DNA of 26,291 nucleotides. Origin: a virus (Duplodnaviria; Caudoviricetes). Numbering within the stretch: position 1 is the stretch's first letter; each line of letters begins with the position of its first letter. The stretch spans positions 1-26,291 of IMG/VR virus record IMGVR_UViG_3300044655_000029, one strand, 5' to 3'. The notes beneath the pieces are model-generated. The model was given only the letters and a program-made list of their open reading frames with translations. It was not told where the DNA came from and searched no databases. Shown here piece by piece: positions 1 through 9,444 of this stretch. The translations under genes and the position numbers were made by a program.

Positions 1-1
1 A

Positions 2-3000
2 ATGGGAATCAATATTAAAGGACTTGTTGAAGCGAACAAGGGAGATATTAAGGGAACTGTTGTAGGGTTTGCTAGAGCACTAGATGAACTAGATCCACTT
101 AATCGTGCTCGTGCTATTGAGCAACTGTTTGGTAAATTCCAGTTTGCTCGTTTGTCTACATTGTTCCAGAATGTATCTAAGGATGGAACACAGGCTGCAA
201 GAGCATTCCAGTTAACTGGCGCATCTGTTGAAGAGTTAGCAATTCTATCTGAGCGAGAAATGAAGAAAATCGAAGAGTCTGTCGGCGTTAAATTCCAGGC
301 TGCTCTAGAACAATTCAAGCAAGACATTATGCCATTAGGAAAGGCATTTCTTGAGGCAGTCACGCCAATAGTAAAGTTTTTTGGAAGTTTGTTTGAAAAA
401 TTTAATGGTCTTAGTGATCAAACTAAAAAAGTAATAACCACTATAGTTGGAGTTGTTGCTGGTATAGGACCAGTAGTTCTTATGACATTTGGTCTTTTGG
501 CTAATGGTTTGGCAAACTTAATTAAACTATTTGCAACAATAAGAGGCGGTATTGCAAAGTTAAACGGTCAAACAAATGTTTTGGGTGCAGGATTTAATTA
601 TGTAACACAAGAGCAGTTAGAGCAACAGGCAGCAGGACAAGCGCTACATAATACTCATACAAGATTAACTGAAATATTTAATATTGAAAAAACAGCAGCA
701 ATGCAATTAGCATCTGCATATTCATCTTTGACTTCTCAAATGAGAACTATGGCATCACAAAATCCTGCATTGTTTGCTGGAGGTGTTGGTGGGGCTAAAC
801 GTGCAGTAACAAAGTTGCCACCAATGAAAAAGTATAAAGATGGAATTATTTCTGTGCCAGGTCCAAAGGGTGCAGGAGACGTTGTTCCAGCAATGCTTTC
901 TCCAGGAGAAGCAGTTATACCTACAGAAACTACAGATAAGTATAGAGGTTTGATTACTGCAATGTTCCAGGATAAGGTTCCAGGCTTTATGGCTGGAAGA
1001 CTTCCAGGAGGGCCAGGCAGAGGTATACCACTTTCTGCAGGACCAGAAGCAGTTAGAAGAGCACAGCAAGCAAGAAATAGAAGAAGAGATGATGCTCGTC
1101 AAGGATACAACGAACCACATCCAGAGAGACAGTCAGGCGCTGTTTTTGTTGGCATGCCTAAGTCTGCTAAAGAAGCATCGCAGTCTAGAGAGATAGTAGA
1201 TAAGATAGCAAGGGATGTAAGTACTGGAAAGTATGGAAGTGTTGCTCCTACTGATTTCGGCACATTGCTTCAGCCATTCTCTGGAAGAAGTTTCCCTGTT
1301 AGAGGAGTTGGCGGGGTATACAGAAAGCCTAACGGAAAGATCGTAGTAGTAAAACCAACAATAGATGAAAAGACTGCATTAGCAGAAGTTCGTGCTACTC
1401 AGATTGCTAGAGAAGTTCATGGTTTGGTATCTCCAAAACAAAGTATTAAGACTATGATTGATCCAACAGATCCTTCAGGTCAAAGAAAGTTTATTGTTAT
1501 TGAGTCTCCATATGATCCAAGAATTGCAGCCATGGATGGTAAGTTCTCACAATCTGATATGGTTAAGCAACTTGTTGCATCTACATTAAGAGCAGATAAA
1601 GATTTACAGAAGGCAAACCTATCTGGAAACGTATTGGCTGATGTTGGAACTGCTGGAGTATTCGATAGAGCATCTGGCTTTAGAGATTTCTCTAAGGGAT
1701 TGCCAAGCATGGAGCAGCAAGCGCTTGTTAACTTGCTTGGTGTAAAGGGTGGTGCTAAAAAGTTCTTTGCACAAGAAACATCAGGCCTTGCTTCAAAGAT
1801 GACACCATCACAGTATGATGCTGCTATAAAGGCAGAAATAAATAAATCTATTCCAAGGCTAGAAAGAGTTATAAAGTCTTGGGATTTAACTCCAGACGAG
1901 CAAGTTGTATATAACAACATGCTTGAAAGACTTAGGGCTGGAGCAAAAACAGATTGGTCGCAACTTCATTCTGTTCATGCTCGTGCAGGAAACGGAGTTG
2001 TAAAGGCAATTGAGGGAATAGATCCAAAGGCAACAAATTCAATTGCAGAAGAGCAACTTAGAAAATATCTTCTTCCACCAGGAACACAAGAAAAAACTTT
2101 AATAGAAGAACTAAAGCGAACTGCAAATAATGATTTTATCAGAGAACTAGAAAAGGTTGATCCTCAAAGAAGAGCAGTTATCGAGGCAGCATGGAAGGGT
2201 GGAGTAGCAGCAGTACCACCATCTGGCAGAGAGCAATCTTTCACTTCTCCAAGACAAACACAGTTTATGAATGAACTTAGCAAGATGCACCCAGTCATGG
2301 TAAATGGTGAAACAAGATATATTCATAAGCAAGACCTGGATGCATTTTTAGCAGACCCAGATGGAAGGGCAAAATATTCTAGATCAGCGAAGCAAGTTAC
2401 AGACATGATGCTTTACCGAATGGGAGTTATTCCAAACGATAAGGGCAGACTTGTTTCTGGAGGAAAGTTCCAGGGAAGATTTGCAAGCATTGAACCTTTT
2501 GTAACAGCATTAAGATCAACTGGAAAGCAGGCTGGTGGTGGAAAGGCAAATATATCAAGTATCGTAAAGCCATTTGCCACAAAAGAAATTCAAGAATACA
2601 ATGCAAGAATCGGTAATCCCCTTACAACCAAAACAGGAAGAGCCATGTTGGCTGCTGGATATACTCCAGACGAAGTTAAAAGTTTATTAAAAGAAAATCT
2701 TTCACATATAAAGCAGGAAGTTACAGGTCGCCAAGGCGCACTAAAGATGAAGACTGGCGAGGCATTATATGACGCCAGAATTTTAAACAACTACATGAAT
2801 GCAAAGAGAAGAGGGTTAAACATACTCGATATCTTTAATAAAGACAATGTACTTGGTTTATCAGAAATAGAAAAGAAAGAATATAGAAAAGCAGCAGAAT
2901 TTATGGCAAGAGGAAGCCATCCAAAAAATCCACAAGAAAGAATGTTGCTTGCAAAAGCAGCGCAATTAGATCAGCGTGTTATTGATTATCAGGCAAATGG

Positions 3001-6000
3001 TGGCAAGGTAGCAGCCAAGTATTTACCAGCAGATTTAAGAACACCAAAAATGCTACTCACCTTATTATCAGATCCTCAATTCCAGCCAGGTAAAGTAATG
3101 AACCTTGCTGCTCAAAGAGCAGATGAAGTACTTGTTGCTGCAAAGAGAGGTGAAAGCCTTGTTAACAGAGATTTGACTGCTAAAGAAAAGATTAATAGTA
3201 GTAACAGTTCTCCTCTACCAAAGGGTACAGTTGGCGTTGATGAAAGGGGAAGACGTACTTCAGATAACGTAGTTGTTAGAAGGAGACAGGGTCAAGCAGT
3301 TGCAACTGCATCACAGGCTGCAAGACTTAGAATGCTTCCTGGTTTTGAAGATGGAGATAAAACTTTACGTGGCGGAGGAATAACTAATCCTACTAGACGT
3401 CAAGGAGAGATAGCAGTAGATCTACGTAGAAAAGGTTTTAGCCAGGCAGAAATTGATAAGACATTAAGAAAACTTGCAAAGAAAGAAATAAGGGCTAAGG
3501 AAGTAGCAGTTGCTGCAACAGAAAAAGCAGCAAGAACTGAAGCAGCAAGAGAAAAAGAACAAGCAGCAAATAACAAAAAACAAACTGAGGCTGCAAGAAA
3601 AAGGTTCCTTGAGAATGAGCGTAGAGCACAATTAAATGCTGCACAGGCAAAATACTACGATGCTGCAGTAAAAGAAGATCAACAGAGAACATTAAAACAA
3701 TTAAAGCAAACACAAAAAGCAGACAGAGAACAGCGCAAACAAGTTCGCCAAGAAAAGGTAAATAGATTCTCTGGCGGAGCCTCAATGGCCCTTGGAACTG
3801 CAGGTATGGGCCTAATGATGGCTGGACAACAAACTGCTGGTATGGTAGCAATGGGTGCATCCGCAGTTGCTGGAATGGCTCCTATGCTTGCTGGAATGGG
3901 TCCTATAGGATGGGCTATAACTGGGCTAACTGCTGCTGCTGGAGCATTCTATTTAACTGACAAGGCAGCAAAGAAAGCAGCAGAGTCACAGTCTAAATAT
4001 GTTGATTCAATTACAGCAACTACAGAAAAGATGTCAAAGATAGGGCAACTAACCAACACTGTAGGTGCTAGTGAGATTTATGCAAGAAAAAGACAGACTG
4101 GCGCTGCAGATAGATATACTACTGGTTTTGAAAGAGGTAAGCAACAGTTCGGTGAAACATTTATAGATAGCGAAGTTGGTAAATCAATATTTGAATCATT
4201 TAAGCAAAACATGACTGCTGGCGGAATAGATGCAGTTAAGGCAATATCAGTTCAATTAGCAGCATACGTTTCTGATGGAGTTATGACAGCAGAGCAAGCG
4301 CATAGCGTTGCTTCACAAATCGGTATTGAATTAAACAATACAACATTGATATCACAGATTAGTGGACAACTACTAGACCTAATCGGTCCAGAGGGACAAG
4401 ACTTAACTAAAGATCCACTAAATGTTAGAATGAATTTAATTACAGAGCAAAGAAAGTTATCTACTGGAGCAGTTAAAAATCTATCTAAAGATATAGATGA
4501 GAATTTGCCAAGCACTGAAGAGTCTGTTATAGAAAGATACAAAAGATTATTTAACCCTAAAAAGGCATGGGAAGAAGCAATAAAGCCTATCTTTACTGAA
4601 ACTGATGCAGAAAAGTCAGCAGCACAAATAGCAGCACTTAATGCTAATAACTTAGAGTTAAACTTAGCACAACAAGACTCTTTATCAAAACAATATGATA
4701 CTGAAATTAAAAAATTACAAGCACAAAAGGCAGCAACTTCGGATAAGGCAAAACAAAAAAAGATAGATGATGAAATACTAAATCTTGAAGGTCGTAAGCA
4801 GTCAGGACTTGATGCATTAAGAGAAAAGAATAGGGCAATTTTAAATGATCAGATTAAAGCATTTAGAACTGCATCTAAAAATGATCAAACCAAAGACGCA
4901 TTTTTTAATTCATTAAACTCTCAAATAGCCACTAAGTATGAAGGAAATCCTTTTGCAAAAACATTTTTACAAAAATCTGCAGACAAGTTACAATCTGAAG
5001 AACTAGAAGTAAAGATTAAAACAGTTGTTGCATCAGGGGATCTTGGTGTTGAATCTGGAGAAAGACTCATTGATATTTTTACAGGTAAGGATGGCACCGT
5101 TGATGAAAAAGGATTAGAGAGAAACTTAACATTAGCATTAACAAAACATGATCCAGGAGCAGTTACACAGTTAATTAATAGCCTCGGTGGAGTAGAGGAT
5201 GAAGTAGCAAAAAAGATTCTTGTAGATGTTCTAAAAAAGAATCCACAAGAGTTTGAAAAGACTGCCTCTGCAATAGCACTGGTTCAAAAGATGGCTGGCA
5301 AGGAAGTAAACATTGAAGCATTCTTCTCTTCAGAAAATGCACTAGCAAACCTTGAAGATTTACAAAAGGCATTAGAAGAAGTAGAAAAGATAGATACTCC
5401 AATAACAAAAACAGCATTAATGGAAATGAAAAATATTGGCGGGGTTAGTTTAGAAGGACTTATTCCTCTATGGGGTCAATGGGAAAATCTTCCAGACGAA
5501 ACTAAGAAAACTATTATTCAAGAATACATTACAGTACAAAAAACAATTACCGAAGGTGATGTCAGTGCTGAAATTGCACGAAGGGTTGCAACTGCTGATA
5601 AAAAGAAACAGGGATGGATTAATGCTTATTACAATACTCCAGCAGGAAGAGAGAAAGTAAGAAATGAACTTGCTGGACAAAGAACAATGCAGGCAGTAAA
5701 TCAAGATATTGCAAATGCTGAGGCTGGAAAGTTTAAGGATGACGAAAAGGGTGGTGGCAGTAAAGCAGATCCATTTGCAGACGTAATGAAGCGTCTTAAG
5801 AATGTTAGAAATGCTGCTCTAAATGCTGCTGGTGGATTTAAAGAATTACAAAAGGCAATGGAGGCAGCAGGCAGCAAGTCTGTCGCAAATAAGTTTGTTG
5901 GTATAGAACAGCAACTAATGAACAAGGGTTATAGCCAAGACTTTATTGACTTTATTACACAACTAGACCCAGAAGAGCAGAAGAAGTTTGGAAGCACTGC

Positions 6001-8791
6001 AACAAAGGCTGGAAGCAAAAAGTATAAAGAGTTTGATTACGAAACTGGAAAGATGAAAACCAGAACTCAGAAATACAAAAAGGGAGATTTTGTATTAACT
6101 GATGAAGGAAACGCAATGCGCCAAGGAATGGATAAGGCCGTTGTAGGAGAGTTCCAGATAGAGCAACAGAATGTACTTAAGAACATAGACGAACAAAATA
6201 AAGCATATGCAAAATTAAAGGCTGCTGGTCTATCTAATTTAGAAATAGAAAAGGCTATGGAGAATCAAGCATACGTTACAGCCATAGCAACTGGACAAAT
6301 AACAGCACAAGAATTAAAGACAAATAATGCTTTAACTAAGCAGGCTGTGCTAAGAGAACAGATAAATGGTTTGGTAGACAAAACAAAAACTAACCAAACA
6401 AGAATTGACGCTTTAAAGAAAACCCCAGAACTAATTAATTTCTTGTCTACTTTTAAAACATTAGATGCAGAAGGCAAGGAAGTTGCACTTTCTATTACGT
6501 CTATATATGATGCAATTCAGGACCCAGAAGATTTAATTAAGATGGTTGCAATAATGGATGCAATTAAGGCTGGAACATATGATGCCAAGGATGGCATGAA
6601 GCAATTATTTGATTTAATTAGTAGTTCAGAATCCGCAAAGGATCTTGAGAAAAATCTATTAACACCTCTTGAAAAGTTCCAAAAGGCTTATGATGCAGCA
6701 ATGAAGATTTTTGATGCATATAAGACAATGGACGAATATACATTAAAGGCTCCAAAAAATTCAGTAACACCAGAACTTGGTGGAAAAACATTTAAGCAAT
6801 TGAGTAGGACAAAGACAGAGAGCGACGAAGCCCTATCAGCAATGAATGCTGAACTTGCAATTTATGAACATCAGATTTCTATGATTCGTGACGAGATTGC
6901 AAAGATTGAATCTGATATTGAAAACATGGATGTTAAGGATTTAAACCTTACCGTAGATGGACAGAAGGTCACTGGTAAATTAAAGTATGTCCTAGAAGAT
7001 CTTAAGGAAAAGATTGATGACTGGGAAAGAGAAATAGAGATGAAGTATGAGCGTCCTATAAAGACGCTTCAGGATGAATCTAATGTCCTTTCTCATGACC
7101 TAGAGGTTATGGATTATCAAGCAGGAAAGATTAATGAAAAGTATGACAAGCAAGCAGAAGCATTAGCCGAAGTTCAAAAGGTTAACGACTCTATTATTCG
7201 TCAACAAGAACAGCAACTTGATTTGGCTGATGCCTTAACTCAAGGAGATATTTCTGCTGCTGCCCGTGCTGCCCAAGCAATGAGGGCTGGCAATGCAGCA
7301 GATTTTGCTACTGGCCAAAGCGATGCATTACAGCAATCAAGAGAAAATGAAATCAATGGATTAACAAATGCTAATGGATTAACAAGAGAACAAATTGAAG
7401 AAAGACGTTGGGAAATATCACAACAAATATATGCACTTGAAAATGATCCAGCCAGACTTGCTCTTCAAAAGAGTATACAAGAAACTAAAGATGCTATATA
7501 TGCGATAGAAGAGGCAAGAGAAGTTAAACTGCTTGCTATTAGAGCACACGAAGAAAGAATTTATCAAATTGAAAAAGATAAGATTCTTCCATTGCAAACT
7601 GCAATTAATCTTGAAACAACTAAAAATCTTGCGCTAGAATATCAGTTAGTCGTTCTTGGAAACATTATTGCTGCAAATGATAGAAATAGAGTAGTTGCTG
7701 GACAAACAAGAGATCAATGGGAAGAGATGCTAACCCAGATGACCTTGATGGACGAAAAACTTAGAAAAGAATTAAAAGATGCATTGGATAGTTTTAACGC
7801 TCAGAGCGGTACAGCAGAAGATATCTGGACCAGAATTAAGGCTCTTTATGATGCTATTAAAGATAAGACTGTAACTATTACAGTTAATTACGTGACTAAC
7901 GGTTCTACAGGAGATGGCTCTACTGGTGATGGATCTACAGGAGATGGCTCAACTGGCGATGGATCAACTGGCGATGGTTCAACAGGAGATGGTTCAACAG
8001 GAGATGGTTCTACAGGCGATGGTTCTACAGGCAATGGTTCAACAGGTAAAGGCTCTACAGGAGGCTCTAAGGGTGGTTCTGTCGTAACTGGCGGGGTATC
8101 TGGAGTAAACCCAGCAACAACACCAGTACCATATAAGTCTACATATAAGAGCATTACTGATCCAACAGCCAAGGCACATGTAAAGAGTCTTGAAGCAAAT
8201 ATATCATCCAACATTGCACAAAACTCTACATTGTTTGCACAAAAGGTTGCAGAAAAGAAAGCAACACAAAATGCTGGATCTGTTGCTGGACAGCATCTTG
8301 CAGATCTTAATAGAATGGGAAATGCTGCTGCCCTTGCTAAAAAATACGATGGGCCTGAAGCAGCAAAGAAAAAGGCAGAGGCAGTACAAAAAGCAAATGC
8401 AGATAAAGCAGCAAAAGCAAAGGCTGCAGCAGATCTTAAGAAGTTCGGAGGCAACGCAGCAGCAGCAAATTCATTTGCTAACTGGGGAAAGAGTAAGTCT
8501 GCTGGTGGCATAATAAAGAGATTTGCTAAGGGCGGACCAATAATAGGAACAGATGTTATTCCATCAATGCTTACTCCAGGTGAATTTGTTATGAGCAGAT
8601 ATGCTGTCGAATCATTTGGTCTTGATAATATGAAGGCTATAAATAATGGAGAGTCAGTTGGCGACTCAGTGTATAATTATAGTATTAATGTAAACGTTAA
8701 GTCTGATGCAAACCCAGACGAAATCGCACAGGCTGTAATGACAAACATACAGAGAGTAAATTCTCAGAAGTTAAGGAGCGTTAGAATATAA
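2..8791 (+). CDS. Giant tail tape measure protein (5'-truncated by window edge) with internal cargo domains
   Basis: 2929-aa ORF open from the window edge. The N-terminal part looks like the end of a PhageMin_Tail-type TMP domain (RARAIEQLFGKFQFARLSTLF). It has hydrophobic segments at ~431-541 and ~3767-3960, long Ala/Glu/Lys/Gln coiled-coil regions, and a typical TMP C-terminus (FAKGG..GTDVIPSMLTPGEFVM..YNYSINVNV). It lies directly upstream of tail-tip genes. The ATG at 2 is probably internal. Confidence 0.92.
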   Translation: MGINIKGLVEANKGDIKGTVVGFARALDELDPLNRARAIEQLFGKFQFARLSTLFQNVSKDGTQAARAFQLTGASVEELAILSEREMKKIEESVGVKFQAALEQFKQDIMPLGKAFLEAVTPIVKFFGSLFEKFNGLSDQTKKVITTIVGVVAGIGPVVLMTFGLLANGLANLIKLFATIRGGIAKLNGQTNVLGAGFNYVTQEQLEQQAAGQALHNTHTRLTEIFNIEKTAAMQLASAYSSLTSQMRTMASQNPALFAGGVGGAKRAVTKLPPMKKYKDGIISVPGPKGAGDVVPAMLSPGEAVIPTETTDKYRGLITAMFQDKVPGFMAGRLPGGPGRGIPLSAGPEAVRRAQQARNRRRDDARQGYNEPHPERQSGAVFVGMPKSAKEASQSREIVDKIARDVSTGKYGSVAPTDFGTLLQPFSGRSFPVRGVGGVYRKPNGKIVVVKPTIDEKTALAEVRATQIAREVHGLVSPKQSIKTMIDPTDPSGQRKFIVIESPYDPRIAAMDGKFSQSDMVKQLVASTLRADKDLQKANLSGNVLADVGTAGVFDRASGFRDFSKGLPSMEQQALVNLLGVKGGAKKFFAQETSGLASKMTPSQYDAAIKAEINKSIPRLERVIKSWDLTPDEQVVYNNMLERLRAGAKTDWSQLHSVHARAGNGVVKAIEGIDPKATNSIAEEQLRKYLLPPGTQEKTLIEELKRTANNDFIRELEKVDPQRRAVIEAAWKGGVAAVPPSGREQSFTSPRQTQFMNELSKMHPVMVNGETRYIHKQDLDAFLADPDGRAKYSRSAKQVTDMMLYRMGVIPNDKGRLVSGGKFQGRFASIEPFVTALRSTGKQAGGGKANISSIVKPFATKEIQEYNARIGNPLTTKTGRAMLAAGYTPDEVKSLLKENLSHIKQEVTGRQGALKMKTGEALYDARILNNYMNAKRRGLNILDIFNKDNVLGLSEIEKKEYRKAAEFMARGSHPKNPQERMLLAKAAQLDQRVIDYQANGGKVAAKYLPADLRTPKMLLTLLSDPQFQPGKVMNLAAQRADEVLVAAKRGESLVNRDLTAKEKINSSNSSPLPKGTVGVDERGRRTSDNVVVRRRQGQAVATASQAARLRMLPGFEDGDKTLRGGGITNPTRRQGEIAVDLRRKGFSQAEIDKTLRKLAKKEIRAKEVAVAATEKAARTEAAREKEQAANNKKQTEAARKRFLENERRAQLNAAQAKYYDAAVKEDQQRTLKQLKQTQKADREQRKQVRQEKVNRFSGGASMALGTAGMGLMMAGQQTAGMVAMGASAVAGMAPMLAGMGPIGWAITGLTAAAGAFYLTDKAAKKAAESQSKYVDSITATTEKMSKIGQLTNTVGASEIYARKRQTGAADRYTTGFERGKQQFGETFIDSEVGKSIFESFKQNMTAGGIDAVKAISVQLAAYVSDGVMTAEQAHSVASQIGIELNNTTLISQISGQLLDLIGPEGQDLTKDPLNVRMNLITEQRKLSTGAVKNLSKDIDENLPSTEESVIERYKRLFNPKKAWEEAIKPIFTETDAEKSAAQIAALNANNLELNLAQQDSLSKQYDTEIKKLQAQKAATSDKAKQKKIDDEILNLEGRKQSGLDALREKNRAILNDQIKAFRTASKNDQTKDAFFNSLNSQIATKYEGNPFAKTFLQKSADKLQSEELEVKIKTVVASGDLGVESGERLIDIFTGKDGTVDEKGLERNLTLALTKHDPGAVTQLINSLGGVEDEVAKKILVDVLKKNPQEFEKTASAIALVQKMAGKEVNIEAFFSSENALANLEDLQKALEEVEKIDTPITKTALMEMKNIGGVSLEGLIPLWGQWENLPDETKKTIIQEYITVQKTITEGDVSAEIARRVATADKKKQGWINAYYNTPAGREKVRNELAGQRTMQAVNQDIANAEAGKFKDDEKGGGSKADPFADVMKRLKNVRNAALNAAGGFKELQKAMEAAGSKSVANKFVGIEQQLMNKGYSQDFIDFITQLDPEEQKKFGSTATKAGSKKYKEFDYETGKMKTRTQKYKKGDFVLTDEGNAMRQGMDKAVVGEFQIEQQNVLKNIDEQNKAYAKLKAAGLSNLEIEKAMENQAYVTAIATGQITAQELKTNNALTKQAVLREQINGLVDKTKTNQTRIDALKKTPELINFLSTFKTLDAEGKEVALSITSIYDAIQDPEDLIKMVAIMDAIKAGTYDAKDGMKQLFDLISSSESAKDLEKNLLTPLEKFQKAYDAAMKIFDAYKTMDEYTLKAPKNSVTPELGGKTFKQLSRTKTESDEALSAMNAELAIYEHQISMIRDEIAKIESDIENMDVKDLNLTVDGQKVTGKLKYVLEDLKEKIDDWEREIEMKYERPIKTLQDESNVLSHDLEVMDYQAGKINEKYDKQAEALAEVQKVNDSIIRQQEQQLDLADALTQGDISAAARAAQAMRAGNAADFATGQSDALQQSRENEINGLTNANGLTREQIEERRWEISQQIYALENDPARLALQKSIQETKDAIYAIEEAREVKLLAIRAHEERIYQIEKDKILPLQTAINLETTKNLALEYQLVVLGNIIAANDRNRVVAGQTRDQWEEMLTQMTLMDEKLRKELKDALDSFNAQSGTAEDIWTRIKALYDAIKDKTVTITVNYVTNGSTGDGSTGDGSTGDGSTGDGSTGDGSTGDGSTGDGSTGDGSTGNGSTGKGSTGGSKGGSVVTGGVSGVNPATTPVPYKSTYKSITDPTAKAHVKSLEANISSNIAQNSTLFAQKVAEKKATQNAGSVAGQHLADLNRMGNAAALAKKYDGPEAAKKKAEAVQKANADKAAKAKAAADLKKFGGNAAAANSFANWGKSKSAGGIIKRFAKGGPIIGTDVIPSMLTPGEFVMSRYAVESFGLDNMKAINNGESVGDSVYNYSINVNVKSDANPDEIAQAVMTNIQRVNSQKLRSVRI
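1220..1990 (+). other. HipA/PI3-PI4-kinase-like domain embedded in the TMP
   Basis: Kinase motifs in the expected order: Gly-rich GVGGVY (1304-1321), beta3 VVVK (K at 1352), alphaC AE (E at 1385), catalytic loop D-x-D-L-Q-K-A-N (1595-1618), Mg-binding DVG (1640-1648), then a helical C-lobe ending ERL. Boundaries are approximate. Confidence 0.7.
7901..8065 (+). repeat. 11 tandem 15-bp units encoding (GSTGD)x8, GSTGN, GSTGK, GSTGG
   Basis: Units read directly, e.g. GGTTCTACAGGAGAT, GGCTCTACTGGTGAT, GGATCTACAGGAGAT, GGCTCAACTGGCGAT. Variation is almost entirely at third codon positions. Confidence 0.97.
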
Positions 8792-9444
8792 TGGCAACTA
8801 GCACTTATATGAATGGTCGTAAAAAATATGGTAGACCACAGGCTATGTTGTGGTCTGAAAATTCTGGCAAACTAGAAAATGGTTTGTATATACCTAACGG
8901 TCTTGAAATTAATGCTAACCCAGGATCTGAAGTAGATCCAAATAACATTGATCAATTTTTAATTTTATCAGATGACAATAGATCACCAATAGATTTTGGA
9001 AAAATAAGAATTGAAAAGCGTGAACGTATGATAAACGGAAGAATGAGATCTTATCATATAGCAGACAAAAGAGTAATAAATCTTAGTTATACTAACTTAC
9101 CTTCAAGATCTTTTGCCTTTAATCCAGACTTTGATTCAAACGGACAATCAGAAATGACTGGACAATCTGGACTCCCTAACTCTCCAGATGCACAGTATAC
9201 AACCGACGGTGGTGCTGGAGGAGTAGAACTTCTTGATTGGTATGAAAACCATCAGGGATCATTTTGGTGCTACCTATCATACGATAAGTATTCTGTGTTT
9301 GGAAAAGATGATTCTGCTTATGCACACCTTCCACAATATAATGAACTAGTAGAAGTTTTCTTTACTGACTTTTCTTATACAGTAAATAGAAGAGGCCCTA
9401 AGTTTGATTTCTGGAATATATCCATAGGCTTGGAAGAGGCATAA
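8791..9444 (+). CDS. Minor tail protein, probable distal tail (Dit-like) protein
   Basis: 217 aa, coupled to the TMP by a TAATG overlap. It sits immediately after the TMP and has a beta-rich pattern (ERMINGRMRSYHI..K....L.Y..L, C-terminal WNISIGLEE) typical of Dit-like proteins. Confidence 0.6.
   Translation: MATSTYMNGRKKYGRPQAMLWSENSGKLENGLYIPNGLEINANPGSEVDPNNIDQFLILSDDNRSPIDFGKIRIEKRERMINGRMRSYHIADKRVINLSYTNLPSRSFAFNPDFDSNGQSEMTGQSGLPNSPDAQYTTDGGAGGVELLDWYENHQGSFWCYLSYDKYSVFGKDDSAYAHLPQYNELVEVFFTDFSYTVNRRGPKFDFWNISIGLEEA

Noticed and set aside
755-6477. Numerous 60-146 aa minus-strand ORFs opposite the TMP (and similar ones opposite other genes)
   Set aside because: Typical antisense shadows rich in Ser/Phe/Leu, with no motifs or translation signals.
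7901-8065. Possible CRISPR array or DGR-type repeat
   Set aside because: The units are contiguous 15-mers without spacers, in frame, with synonymous variation; there is no reverse transcriptase or template/variable repeat pair.
7888-8511. 207-aa minus-strand ORF with (VEPSP)n repeat
   Set aside because: It is the antisense shadow of the GSTGD repeat and Ala/Lys-rich TMP segment; stop-poor because of sense-strand codon bias, with no SD or promoter.
8669-8677. TATAAT near the TMP 3' end as a promoter
   Set aside because: It lacks correct TGn spacing and a -35, lies >110 nt from the next start, and is explained by the VYNY codons.
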